The notes under the pieces are model-generated. The model saw only the letters and a list, made by a program, of their open reading frames with translations. It made no database searches and was not told where the DNA came from. A DNA stretch of 63,417 nt, the filler included, from Lenisia limosa (Eukaryota; Protista; Breviatea): assembly GCA_001655205.1 (NCBI GenBank). It is 14 parts of 14 records of this genome, joined end to end, with 100 filler letters (N's around TTAATTAATTAA, not from the genome) between each part and the next. Parts side by side here need not be neighbours in the genome. Positions count along the whole stretch, not along the records: positions 12,662 to 13,672 come from LPNZ01000553.1; positions 13,773 to 18,442 come from LPNZ01003021.1; positions 18,543 to 21,871 come from LPNZ01003171.1; positions 21,972 to 23,561 come from LPNZ01001745.1; positions 23,662 to 25,374 come from LPNZ01007641.1; 9 more parts are not named here. One strand, written 5' to 3'. Position 1 is the first letter of the stretch. Every line of letters begins with the position of its first letter. The translations under genes and the position numbers were made by a program. This document shows positions 12,662 to 25,474 of this stretch, in pieces.

Positions 12662-13672
12662 GGAGACAATTTTATTAAATCTAGAGTTGTTTATGGTAAA
12701 CATAGTACCAATGAAATTCAATTACTTTTGGTGAAGAGACATTATGTTCTTGTAGTTAAACCAGTTCCACTTAGTAAACTTCCTAAACCAAATGATTTTG
12801 AAGTTATTATTCAAGATAAAATTCCTTATCCTCTCCCAGATACTGATCTATGTTTGAAACGTTTTAATGAAGTACAAAAAGTTAAAGATCCAAATCCAGA
12901 TTGTTCTTATGTTGGGTTCTATGACTTTGAAACTTTCCAGGACGAAAACAAATATATGCATTTATATAATTGTGGACTTCTTATGCTCCCATTTGATAAA
13001 TTCTATAAAATTGAAAATGTAGATAAACTTAAAGATCAAACAAAAGTCTATTATGGAAAGGATGCTATGAATAAATTTTACTTAGTCTTAAAAGATTATG
13101 TTGATGTTATAGAAAGGAAGATTGAAAAGGAACTGGATGTTATTGCATTTGAAGTAGAAGATGTTAAAGAACTAGTTAATATTGAGAGAGAATTGAGACG
13201 GAAAAATAAAATTATTTTATACGCTCACAACGCAGGAAAATTCGATAGTCATTTCATTTGGAAACATCCTGAATTTGAGTTCAACCAAATAATTGATAAT
13301 AATGGTATCATTGAATTACAAGCCTTTGGTGGTATGGTTAGTTTCAGAGATAGTTATAGATATTTAGCATCATCATTAAGTAAATTGTGTAAGAATTTCA
13401 AATTATCAAAGGAATATTCTAAAACATCATTCCCTCATATGTTTGTTTCATCTGACACTCTAAATTATATTGGTCAAATACCAGAAGCTAAATATTGGCC
13501 AGGTTTTGAAATACCTGATTATATAGAAGACAAATTTAAGGATGGTCAATTATATAATTTAAAGAAAGAAAGTTGTGATTATCAAATTCTTGACTGTGTA
13601 AGTTTATGCTTAATTATGAGTGAATTTTGTAACACTTGTTTCGATGTGGCTGGTCAATATATAACGAGTTTT
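12662..13672 (+). mobile_element. Protein-primed family B DNA polymerase (DNA_pol_B_2) fragment, Polinton/adintovirus/linear-plasmid type
   Basis: The whole 1011-bp scaffold is one open, intronless, AT-rich frame. It has ExoI YDFET, ExoII YAHNAGKFD, FRDSYRYLASSLSKLCKNF, KTSFPH and ExoIII YQILDC. It is truncated at both ends before the polymerase motifs. Confidence 0.87.
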
Positions 13673-14119
13673 NNNNNNNNNNNNNNNNNNNNNNNNNNNN
13701 NNNNNNNNNNNNNNNNTTAATTAATTAANNNNNNNNNNNNNNNNNNNNNNNNNNNNNNNNNNNNNNNNNNNNTTTTTTTTTTCCCTTTTTTCTGTGACTC
13801 TGTGCAATTAATTTTTTAAAACAATTTTAATCAAAAACAATTTTTGAGATATTCAAAATTAATCTGTTATAAAATATTTTCAAAATATTATTGAATGCTT
13901 TCATCATTTGTTAAATGCGTCTTTTTTAAAAAAATTATGACACAATCTTATCAAAATATCTACGTGTATGCACGTATGTATGACGCATCTCATCAATCGC
14001 AACCCTGAAAACCCCCACTCTACAAGTGTTTTCCAATCAAATGAACTTCTAAATATCATATGCATTCACAAAACGTTTCAGATTATCCTTTCGTTTTGAA
14101 CTGGGTGGTGTCCATCAAC

Positions 14120-15735
14120 AGTGAGGGATATATATAGTCCTCGCGTTTTGGTGCCAGAACATGACCTTCGCAAGAGTATCTAAACTCTGGCGACCCGTGG
14201 CAACATGCTGAGAAAAGACGCTCAGCTGGGATTGATGAAGCCTAAACCGAATAATAAATGATGGTAACACAATGTGAATCCAAACTACGTGACTACTTAG
14301 CTTACTGGAACTCAATTTTCTTTTGATGAATCGTGCGAGATGTGGCAAATCAGTGGTTTTGTTGTGAACATGGATGTGGGCATCTTCATGGGACAGGGAC
14401 CCAACCAAGCGGGATTTGCACTTCTTCGTCTATTTGTAGAATTTACAATTACTACACAAACAAGGGACTTATTTCATTCATGGTGACAAAAAGCAGGATG
14501 TGCTATTCTGTACAAACCTCAATGTCTACAATTTCATCGATTGATTCTACTGGCAGCTCCACTTGCATCTTCCAAACCAAAGCCAAGGTCATCATTCTCT
14601 ATTTGAGTTTCCTGAATGCCACTTGTGGCCTGTGTCTCCATTTCGAAAATTGGGTCAGATGTTCGTAAAGGGTCAAAGAAAATTGGAAACTAAATTTGAA
14701 AAAAAAATTGAACATACTGCTGGGTTGATCAGGTTTTTTTTTATTTCTTCCCAGATTTTGTGAATGTTCTGCTCGCTGATAAACTTTCGAAATACATATA
14801 CCTGTCGAAAAAGGATAAAGTAAGGCCATCTTCACATAAGTACAGTTGTAGCTTTGGGGAAAAGAGTGTCGTAGCTCGTGGTAAAGTGCAAATGCAAGTT
14901 ATTCGGGGAGTTGGTAGACATGTAGATACAGAATGTCAGGGAAGCCGCGTTGAGCTCAACACCCTACACAAGTATGAAGAGAAATGCAACATAGCGAATT
15001 GGAAAACGAATCTTAATGAGTAAAAAAACTATTATGAAATATAGAGAAGAGTCTGAGGCAGAGATAATTGACCTGACGATCAACGAATTCTCTCGCCGAG
15101 AACAAGTTGACCTTCAAAAGGGTGAGCTTGGGGATAGAGCCGAGCTTGTCCTTGATTTCTGTTCCGAGGCAATTGAGAGCGTTAATGCTTGAAAAAGCGC
15201 CTCTGACGCCACTAATGAAGACCTCCATGGTCATCTTATCTTCGTAGAGGCCGACCTCCTCCATGAAAAAGTTGATACCACATTTTAGCCATAAAAAAAT
15301 CTACAACTGATGCCTACATTTCCATGGTCGTGAAGAATCGCTGGCTCAAATACAAACTGAAGCCAATTTGACCAGATGGGCCATAGCCATAGGAGACGTC
15401 ATCACTGCAGTAGAAATTTGGGGCGAAATGTGAGATCGAGTTAAAAAAAATATATCTACAGGGTTGTTGTTAGCCAGGGTTTTGGAAGCACATGAGAGAT
15501 GAGGTAGATGAGTGTGGGTAGAAAGTAGAAGAGAACAGCTACAGCTGGGCAACACGGCAACGGGGAAAAGAGATTTCGGACAAAAATCAGGCACACCTTT
15601 CAAAGGATTGTCAAAATGTGCGTTAAACGTAGTAAAATAGACACAAAGAACGGGAACAACTAAAGGAATGAAAATAAACAAGCAAACATGAACATTATAC
15701 ACCATCAAATTTAAAAACAATAAACAGGTTATCAT
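14120..15735 (-). CDS. Possible multi-exon gene or decayed element, unidentified
   Basis: Coding-looking minus-strand segments (e.g. MEEVGLYEDKMTMEVFISGVRGAFSSINALNCLG...) separated by T-rich stretches. No family recognised. Confidence 0.25.
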
Positions 15736-16360
15736 AGTACATCCAAAATGAAGCAGAGCTTACCTCCGAGTTACGGCAAATGTCGTTTGCCCTTCTGAGA
15801 GAAGTCCAAATGAATAAACTATTGTGTCTATATTACTATATTGCAATTTTAAACACTTTTTTTTTTAGTAAAATTTATGTCCTGATGTGGTGTTTCCTGA
15901 TGTGAGTTGATCTGTGAGATCTCTGAAAAAAACTATCAGTCCTGGTCGGCAATGTCAGCGGCCTCCTGATAGAAACACAACTTCCTTAAAAGCTAAGCCT
16001 TGTGCCCAAGGAACTTCCCCCCCCCCCNNNNNNNNNNNNNNNNNNNNNNNNNNNNNNNNNNNNNNNNNNNNNNNNNNNNNNNNNNNNNNNNNNNNNNNNN
16101 NNNNNNNNNNNNNNTTCTGAAAAAAAAATTTTGTTCTAAACATTCCATATTTTATTTTTTTACGTCTCAACTTTCAAAATATATTTTTTGCCAAAATTGA
16201 TTCGCAATTGATTTGCAATTAATTTCGAGAAATTATTTGTTCAAAAAAAATAATTGAAATTAATTTTCTTTTTGAAATTAATTGAAATTAATTACAGTCC
16301 TACTTTTTTTTCCCTTTTTTCTCTTTTTTCCCCTTTTCCCCCTTTTTTTACCTTCTTCAG

Positions 16361-16697
16361 GTGATACATAGGGATGGTGACGTGGCGAAAACTTTCCTCA
16401 TTGTGAAAGCGTAAGGGGGGGGGGGTAAAAATGTCCAGTGACCGGGATAAGTCTTGACCGATTTGCTATGACTTCACAAGGACAATTGGTCAAGACTTAT
16501 CCCGTTCACTGTTTATGAGGAGTGACATGGGAGTGGATGATGTGGGGGGTGAGATGGAAGTTATGCTTGTCGGTCTCGGAGAGGGGGGGGGGGTATTATC
16601 ACCAAAATATGATATGTGACCAATTCAGAGGCAAATGCGAAGCAGTGAAACAGATAGTGGTGTCCTCGTCTGAGAGAAGACTGCTCGGGACTCCCAT
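16361..16697 (+). CDS. Two exons of a cyclic-nucleotide-binding domain protein
   Basis: VIHRDGDVAKTFLIVK(A) spliced to GKCEAVKQIV... resembles the cNMP-binding I.rqGd.gd.fyiv.sG.ceV pattern. Splice phases are compatible. Confidence 0.55.
16436..16511. mobile_element. ~77-bp Tc1/mariner-type MITE (TIR CAGTGACCGGGATAAGTCTTGAC)
   Basis: Inverted termini. A second copy at 61262-61339 is flanked by TA on both sides; a degenerate copy lies at ~8030-8105. Confidence 0.75.
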
Positions 16698-18655
16698 GTA
16701 AGTTTGACATAAATATCCGAAACTATGTCGGCGTGTGCTTTGTGCTATTTCTTAAATCTGCTAGCCCAGTTAATCAAGCCATGCGTGTGTACATACTTTT
16801 CTGACGTTCCATACTAACTTACCTTATTTAGCAGGGATAACTTGCCTTATTTAGCACTGATAACTTATGTAGCATTGCTGGCGATACTGAGGATATTCAT
16901 GAGCTCGTTGTTGCACGATTAGGCCCTTTTTCCTTCTTCGGCTCCCGGGCTTTAGTGCAAGAGGATACCACATCGAGAGTAGGCTTTAGTGTCTATTTGA
17001 ATATCTTGTTTGTCTTTGAGTTTTTTGGTCAGTATTCCAAATTTAGATAACAAACAAATCACTTCAATTGCAATGTTGCGTTTATTCATCTGACAGGTAT
17101 ATGCTGATTTTGTATGCGATNNNNNNNNNNCCTCAGTCATATAATACATGAGGTGGATATGTGGCATATAGAACAGAGTTTGGGCTTTTTTGTTTCATAA
17201 ATTGTCCAATTTTACGGATTCATCTGATGATCTCGTTTAATGATGTCAAGATCTCGTTCTGTTGACTCGTTCACTTTTTCATTTTTTTGTTTTCTGGAAC
17301 CAGTTGTTTTGTCTCGAGTGTTGGTTTTGATGCCGCTTATGCCACACCACTGGATTCTGTTCACCTTGCTGCATTTTTCAGCGTTTTTAATTGTATTTCA
17401 CTCTTATTTCACTCTTATTCATGATATATTATATATTACTCCCACCCCCGCCGGTTAATTTTGCTGCTCCGTAGATCATTACGATAGCGGCCTTCTTTCA
17501 CTGTGGTACAAAACGGTGATTGAAGAATACCTGCTTTGGTTATTGTGCCCAGATAGATTTTATCTAACCTCTGCAGGTACGTGGAGTGATGGGATGCGGT
17601 GCTGCAGAAGCGACTGGGCTTTGTTTGTTTTGCTTTTATCAACCCTTGTGTGTTGTCAGCCAACAGAGTTGNNNNNNNNNNNNNNNNNNNNNNNNNNNNN
17701 NNNNNNNNNNNNNGTCCCTTGTGGCTTCCACCATCAATGCTGCCAAGTCCATTGGATGCAGGTAGGAGGGCTGATTACAGCGGTTGGCAACTCCCTCTCG
17801 GAAGATATTGTCAGGAATTTCAGTCTTTTGGTGCCAAGGGCAACTCATCTGAATATGCTCCTCTCGTTGCTGGGTTGTCATTGACTGTTTTCCTTCACTC
17901 CTTCCTTATTAAAGCCGAGTCCACTTAAATTGCGAAAACAAAGTTTTTTTTTTTGAAATTTCGCCCACTTTTCCGTGGAATATTGCAAGAAATATGCACT
18001 TTTCTGAGTCAACTCCAAGAGAATCGGAAAACAATAATATTTTGTCGTTTTCTAGGTATTAACTTTTCCTGAAATATTGATCAAATCATAGTTTTCAAGT
18101 CTTAAATCACCCATTGAAAGTGCTAAATTCCATTAATATAGATGATGATTTCAGAAAACAGAAACAATACATCCGAGAACAATAAATGTATAATTTTGTA
18201 GACAAAATGTAAGTGGACTCCGGCTTTAAGCCAGCCTTCATCCTAATACTTGTAGTGCTACCCATGGTTCCCTTGAAGCCAACAAGGCTGGTGACTTCTT
18301 GGTGAGGAGGGGGTACCTGGGGATTATAAATGCTAGTTGATGTTTTCGGTTGTTTAGAGTATTGCAAGGTGGAAATCTTCAGCTGTTATTTCCATGACGT
18401 GAACGAATATTTCGCCTATGATAACATGATGGTTATGCTAGTNNNNNNNNNNNNNNNNNNNNNNNNNNNNNNNNNNNNNNNNNNNNTTAATTAATTAANN
18501 NNNNNNNNNNNNNNNNNNNNNNNNNNNNNNNNNNNNNNNNNNGTGATATACTATATCAAATCATATGTACACAATATACTATATCTGGACCCCCTATAAT
18601 ACCTCCAGATATAACTGGACATCTCTATATCAACATGTATCTGCACCCCCTCTAC

Positions 18656-19173
18656 CTCGACAAGATGACGGTACTGTTTCAGGTGGCGATGGGCTCTATT
18701 GTAACGATACACCACCTAGATTATATAAAAATAAAATTAAAATGCATTTTTAGCATTTAGGCATAAAAATGGAAACTGAACTTTCCATGGGTGTTTCAAA
18801 ACATAAGAATTAACATTGTCGGAATATACACTGACCGCAATAAGTCCACAAGTGATTAAACATAAAGCTTCATTTCGCGGTCACTGTAGGTTGCACCAAG
18901 TGGTCCGTGTTCTCAATATGAAAAAAATACACTCAACAACATTTTATCTGATAAAAACAATTGTTTAAAATCTCTCTCATATTTTAACACAATGATTTCA
19001 GCTTCAGTCACCCTCCCACCCCCACACACCTGTTCAATTATTTCAGCTTCAGTCACCCACGCATGGGCCAAAGTTCGCGCGCGAAGAGCAAGGGGAAGAA
19101 TCTCTTCCATGAGATCACATACTGCCTGGGTGTTTGGCGACTTGGGCGTGAGATTCGCCGTTGTTATGAGCAT
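18656..19173 (-). CDS. Two 5' exons of a protein weakly resembling RNase MRP subunit RMP1/NEPRO (DUF4477)
   Basis: Phase-0 join ...LAHAWVTEAEIIEQ|VVYRYNRAHRHLKQYRHLVE resembles the E..IL..+YR....HR motif. The gene is divergent from DZIP1. Family assignment is from recalled motif only. Confidence 0.35.
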
Positions 19174-19490
19174 TTTCTAATTTTCTTGTGCTAGCCCCCC
19201 AGTTAAAGGAGATGAGAACTAGGCGGGAGGCACTGGGTGTTGGTTTAGGGAAAGTGAAAATGACTTTCAGAAATCAGGTGGTTTCTAATTACTTACTAGT
19301 TCAAAATATAATAATACGCAACCACACAACTACACCATCTCGATTTCCAGAAGATTTTTGATTTTCCGATTTTATACAAATAATTAGGTTTCGTGAATCC
19401 CCATTTTAGTATTATATAAAATAGCAAAATTGAAATTGTGTTTGTTGGATTTCGTGATTGGAGGAAACGCTATAATATTGAAGGCTGTCA

Positions 19491-21871
19491 ATGGATACAT
19501 CAGCGTATTGTCGGCAGATGCCAACTGGGGAACCTTCGTCTACCTTTGACGGGGGTTTTTACTTCAGAAAGAGGCGTGATGGACTCGATTGGAGATTATT
19601 GAGCGGAATCGACGTGGAACGAGTCATCAAGGATGTAGGCTCGTAACTGCCGGCTCTGAACTCACGTTTAGGTCGATGTCAACGCTCTCCAAGCGGTGCT
19701 TCAAACTATTACATATTCTGATATTGAGGCTGAAGGTTTGTAGTAGTGTTTTAGGCCTTCCTGAGATCATTTCCTTAGATCGCCTCCACCGTTTGAGCGA
19801 TCCCCATTTCCTCAATGCCTTCCGTCTTGCTCAGCTTGTCATTGAGTATTTGACTCATTCGCAGGTATGTAAGGACTGGGGACCTGTTACACAGCATTAC
19901 TGAGCCCCCCTTTTTTTTTTGTTGCATGAACAACCGTCATATGTGTCTAACTGTATGGCCTCATTTGCCTTCTTTAAACCTCGTTTGTTCTAACTGCTAG
20001 GGCTGATTGACTTTTTAATCCCTCTTTTCTGTGTCTAAACTCTGATGTCTTATTGACCTTCCTTAAGTTATTGTTTGTGGTCTTGTTTAAGCCCGCGTTT
20101 GTGGTTTATCGAGAAATTTAGTCTTTTTAGAACAAGCACTCCCCTCTAACTAGGGCTTCTTCGGTTCGAAAAAGACTGGGTGTTTTCAAGGTTTTCTCGA
20201 GAAATCCAGTCTTTTTTCGAACCGAATGAAGACTGGACTACCTAAAACCTCCTTCCTCATTAACCCCCAGGTATTCCTGATAAGTAGGCGGGAACAAGCT
20301 GAACAAGCTGCGCAAGAAGCCAACGCCAAAGCAGCAGTGGGGGGGGGGTGAGCAAGAATAATATCATATATGATATTCTATTTCAATATTGGGAAACAAT
20401 TAAATACATAAGCATAAACATTATAGTTAGCATTACAGTGTATGCGATATAAAACCACATGATATGAATCTTATATCATGTATGTGTGTATAATTAATTT
20501 TTGTTTTCAAAACTGCCAACACAAGACGTAAGTTAGAAGCAGTTTTCATATTGTAGGAAGCTGAGCGCGTAGCCGAGGGATTGGTTTGCTGGGATAGGGG
20601 AAGAATTGTTGTCCTTATGAGGCTTCACTTCGGTTCGAAAAAGACTGAAATCTTGATAAATTCTCGAAAACTATCGATATTTTAATGGCCTTTTTCGAAC
20701 CAAAGTGAAGCCCTGGACTTATAGACAAATGATTGGGTGAATTTATATTTTTCACTAATTTTCTAATATCCCCGGTCAGACAACCTATTTTTATTCATCA
20801 TCTCTCTCTCAATACATACATGTATATTGCCCAAACTCTACCATCCTGAAGAATTATATTTCGTTTTTATGGAATCTTCCAGAGAGATGAGGCAAATCAC
20901 TATAAGAAGGAAGTTAAGCAGCTTCGAAGATTGGTGGCTGGTAGGGAGAGGAATTTTGTTTTTGATGATCAAGAGGCACTTAAATTAAGGTTTAACACCA
21001 GCCTATTCAAAGGCTCCTTAGGTCTTCACTTCGGTTCAAAAAAAGACTCAATTTCTCGATAAATTCTCGAAAACTATCGATATATTCCAGTATTTTTCGA
21101 ACTGAAGTGAAACCCTAGTTATAGGATTATCTAGGATAATATACATATTAGTATTATTACAAATAGTCTGTCTTACACCAGCCTATTCAATGGCTGATAA
21201 AGGATGGTCATTAGGGCTTCACGTCGGCTCGGAGAAAACGGGAAAATATCGATAGTTTTCGAGGATTTATCGATAAATTCAGTTGTTTTTCGAACCGAAG
21301 TGAAGCCCTAATGATCTATAGTATATTTTATAGTACATAGTTTTATTATATCATCTATTATGAACTGTGTAATACTCCAGCCAGTCGATGGCTAGTTTTT
21401 TTTATATGTGTGTATGTATATTAGCAACGCAATATTCAGCCGCCGGTTCTTTATGATCGTAGAGTCTTTACTGCAAAACAGTAATATAAGATGGTCATAT
21501 GATCTAACCCTCCAGCCTATTCCATGATGGGTGGCCGTGGACTGCCGGCTGCGTCAGGTGTTATTGACAGTTGTTTCGTGGGGGGGTAGAGACAATGTTA
21601 TTGACAGTTGTTTGTTGGTGGTGGTGGGGGGTAAATTGGATCATCTATGAAAAAGTGCACTCTATTCCTTGGATGGCCAATCCCATTATAAATGTATATT
21701 TACCAATTTCGAAGAGATATTTTTCCATTCCTGGAATGACCAATTTCAATTATATATTTCTCTTTCCTGGAGTAATGAGTATAGCGATGCCAGTTCTGCC
21801 CAAAGGTGTTCCAGAGCCGCGAGTTTCTGATCTCGCATCTGGGCCGGCGGCATAGTGATGACGTCACCCAG
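19491..21871 (+). CDS. DZIP1: DZIP1/DZIP1L (Iguana)-like ciliary basal-body protein (3' partial)
   Basis: Dzip-like N domain FYFRKRRDGLDWRLLSGIDVERVIKD/VDVNALQAVLQTITYSDIEAE/DRLHRLSDPHFLNAFRLAQLVIEYLTHSQ, then coiled-coil exons, then the C2H2 finger CQFCPKVFQSREFLISHLGRRH (~21785-21855). Confidence 0.9.
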
Positions 21872-22678
21872 NNNNNNNNNNNNNNNNNNNNNNNNNNNNN
21901 NNNNNNNNNNNNNNNTTAATTAATTAANNNNNNNNNNNNNNNNNNNNNNNNNNNNNNNNNNNNNNNNNNNNCGTCTTAGTTTAAAAAAATATATGTAGCT
22001 ACATGTGTATAAAGTGATAACAGTTCATGAACACAATAAAAAAATATCAGGTTAATTTTTGCAAAAACAGAAAAGAGCCATCCCATATTTCGACAGGAGG
22101 GAGAGGGGTGCTTGTTTCACAAACATTTTGCTGAGGTTTTCTTATATTGATAAATGTCCATTCCATGTCCATACCATACCTATTGGTAATCTCCATGTCA
22201 TATTGATAAATGTCCATTCCATGTCCATGCCATATTGATAATATCGGTATTTTCCCAGAGGTAGTTGTTTTGCTTTCATGAATTTTCATATTTTACCCTC
22301 TCCCTTCTCCCCAGTTATTCTCATGAATTTAGGCTGAGTTTGAGACAGTAAGAGCATTGCAGCAAGGTTAGGGTTGGACCCCATGGCATTTATTGATTTT
22401 TTTTGAAGTGTTTATTGGGACATATTATTTGCCCAAGCCATATTTAGATTCAATTTTACCTTTAGACCTAATACCTTATTTCCCTTCTCGTGGTCTAAAT
22501 CGCTTCCATTTTTTCGTATTGAGGCTTTATTTAGACATGTTATTCCTTTTCATCCATATTTAGACATATTACTAGTTTCACTCATGTTAGACCACTTTTC
22601 ACTCATACTTAACGTAGTATTTCTTTTTCATACTTAGACACATATTTCTTTGATATTTGACGTTTTACTCGTGTTTAG

Positions 22679-23470
22679 ACCTGGTCTGCAACACACTCCC
22701 GTTCATTCCACGCCAACACGAGGCCGTAAACTGCGCGCGGCCGCAAGGTGGAAATGTCACGTGCTTGTACAGCTGCAATAATGTGGGGGGGGTGTATAGT
22801 TGGTTGTATAAATGTGTCTGTGGGGGGTACAATGTATACATATAATATGATACTACTATATAATACACTGTATATTTATATATATGTGTGGGGTGGATTA
22901 CTATTGTATAACTACAGAATATTGTTCCCGATGGGATGCGGTACTGCAAAAGCGACTGGGCTGGGCTTTTTTTACCCTTGCTTGCGTGTTTCCCAAATGC
23001 TTAGCCAACAGGGTTGATTTTGGGGTTTTTTGTTCAAATATATTCAATTCTTACCGGGCTTGTTTTTGTTTTTGTGATTATTCTGTTCGTCATAGCACCT
23101 TTACGCCAATATTTTTCATCGAATTTCCTTCGTTTTACTCTCTCCCCTCACACACACAGTGCACGCCTTACACAGCAAAAGTGGCCTGTAATGTGGCTTC
23201 GGGCTGGGACTCTCTGCCCTCATGTACCCCCTGTGAAGGTGGGGGTTTGTTTTTTATGCGGGATTTTTTTGATTTTATGGGGGAGGGGGGCGCTGTTGTA
23301 GTGTATTTGATTGTTTTATTTTCCATAATTGATTGTTTTTTTTTGTTTTTTTTTCTTCTTATTATTTTTTTATTCCAAAAAAGAAAGAATGATTCCTCCT
23401 GACAGTTTCAGATGACCTCATGATTTGCGGAGATGCGGGTTATCAAGGCATGTCCAGCGTTGATATCTAT
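22679..23470 (+). CDS. Exons of an extracellular protein with a Sushi/CCP-like module, possibly followed by a kelch-like segment
   Basis: LVCNTLPFIPRQHEAVNCARPQGGNVTCLYSCNN and CTPYTAKVACNVASGWDSLPSCT show the C...YSC...C...GW...P.C pattern. The later exon DDLMICGDAGYQGMSSVDIYDT is kelch-like. Confidence 0.45.
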
Positions 23471-23661
23471 GACACCACTCTTCTTTATTCTGGTTTGGCG
23501 GTCTTTGTTTGTTGTTTTTGTTTTCAACCCTTGTAGAGAGTTGTGGAGTTTTTTTGTTATANNNNNNNNNNNNNNNNNNNNNNNNNNNNNNNNNNNNNNN
23601 NNNNNTTAATTAATTAANNNNNNNNNNNNNNNNNNNNNNNNNNNNNNNNNNNNNNNNNNNN

Positions 23662-23728
23662 CACTATATAAACACTATATAAACACTATATAAACACTAT
23701 ATAAACACTATATAAACACTACATAAAC
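23662..23728. repeat. 11-bp tandem repeat x6 (CACTATATAAA)
   Basis: Directly visible at the scaffold start. Confidence 0.9.
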
Positions 23729-23739
23729 CCCCACTTTTT

Positions 23740-25330
23740 GCACGATTTCGTTGCAGTCGTCCACAGCGAACTCGGCCGAGTCCTTCACTACCCGGGCCTG
23801 TCGCTCAGCCGCCGCCTTCTCTTCATTCCGTCTGGGGGGGGGGGGGNNNNNNNNNNNNNNNNNNNNNNNNNNNNNNNNNNNNNNNNNNNNNNNNNNNNNN
23901 NNNNNNNNNNNNNNNNNNNNNNNNNNNNNNNNNNNNNNNNNNNNNNNNNNNNNNNNNNNNNNNNNNNNNNNNNNNNNNNNNNNNNNNNNNNNNNNNNNNN
24001 NNNNNNNNNNNNNNNNNNNNNNNNNNNNNNNNNNNNNNNNNNNNNNNNNNNNNNNNNNNNNNNNNNNNNNNNNNNNNNNNNNNNNNNNNNNNNNNNNNNN
24101 NNNNNNNNNNNNNNNNNNNNNNNNNNNNNNNNNNNNNNNNNNNNNNNNNNNNNNCAGCCAATAGAGTTGATTTTAGGCGTTATTTGTTTCATAAATTTTC
24201 CGATTATACTCCCCTCCCCCTGACTTCCTCTGCAACTCCTCCTCCTTGCGCCTCTGAAGCTGCTGCTCGAGGCGCTGGCGCTCAAGTTCGGCGTGGCGAT
24301 TTGGCGCGGCCTGGGGGGGGGGGGGNNNNNNNNNNNNNNNNNNNNNNNNNNNNNNNNNNNNNNNNNNNNNNNNNNNNNNNNNNNNNNNNNNNNNNNNNNN
24401 NNNNNNNNNNNNNNNNNNNNNNNNNNNNNNNNNNNNGGCTAGCATTTGGGAAGCACACAAGGGTTAAAAACAAAATAAAAACAAAGCCCAGGTCAGTCGC
24501 TTCTGCAGCCCCCTTACAGCTTGAGAAGAAGACGTATTTGAGGCACCAAATTGGGCATTTGACAAGTCCTACATAGTAAAGGAAGAAGGAATTTTAAAAC
24601 AAGGTTGTTTCATTAGGAATAATCTTAGGAAGAAGGGAAAATAAATCAAGACTGTACCAGTATGAGTAGTCTTAGGAAGAAGAAAAACAGAAATGAATAC
24701 TTTAACACAATATTCAAAGGAGCTTAACATAATTTATATACTATATACAGTATATGCATATATATGATATATTATATATGTATCACTACGAACCTGGGTG
24801 GAGAGCTTCATAGCAAGAGTCTGCATGGCCACTTCGTCCCGACGGTCCAGTTCGATTCCGATGAGGCGCGCAAGTTCGCGTGAACTGCGCGTGACTTTCA
24901 CTACTTCCGGTACCACCGTGCCGACTAAGGCATTAAAATTGTGGGTATATATAACAAATTATGTCATATTATATTCCACTAGTTGTATAGTGACATGATA
25001 CCCTGTAGTATATTTATTATAACCCAATATTTCGATGCAATATTCTTGCTCCCAAAATTTGAACTAATCTGTAGTAATGAGAAATAAAACAAAGTTACCT
25101 CAAGATGCCCTCGATTCTTGTATAATACTATTACTCTAAATTCTAATCATTTGTCTGATAATATACAACACAATTCCCCCACTTGACTCCTTGTTGATGG
25201 TGGTGGAAGTGAGGGCCTGGGCTTTGACGATCGCTATGATCTTGCCGAGGGATGTTGTCAGCAGAGTCACGTGACTTTGTGTCTGGCTGTTTGGGTCAGA
25301 AGGATGGACACCCTCGGTATAAATCTTCGA
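23740..25330 (-). CDS. Multi-exon alpha-helical/coiled-coil protein fragment, unidentified
   Basis: Exons such as LTTSLGKIIAIVKAQALTSTTINKES, ALVGTVVPEVVKVTRSSRELARLIGIELDRRDEVAMQTLAMKLSTQ and AAPNRHAELERQRLEQQLQRRKEEELQR, with CCCCCAG acceptors on the minus strand. Confidence 0.55.
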
Positions 25331-25474
25331 TAAATATCCACATTGTTTCATGGTTTTTTCGGACTCGCATTACTNNNNNNNNNNNNNNNNNNNNNNNNNN
25401 NNNNNNNNNNNNNNNNNNTTAATTAATTAANNNNNNNNNNNNNNNNNNNNNNNNNNNNNNNNNNNNNNNNNNNN

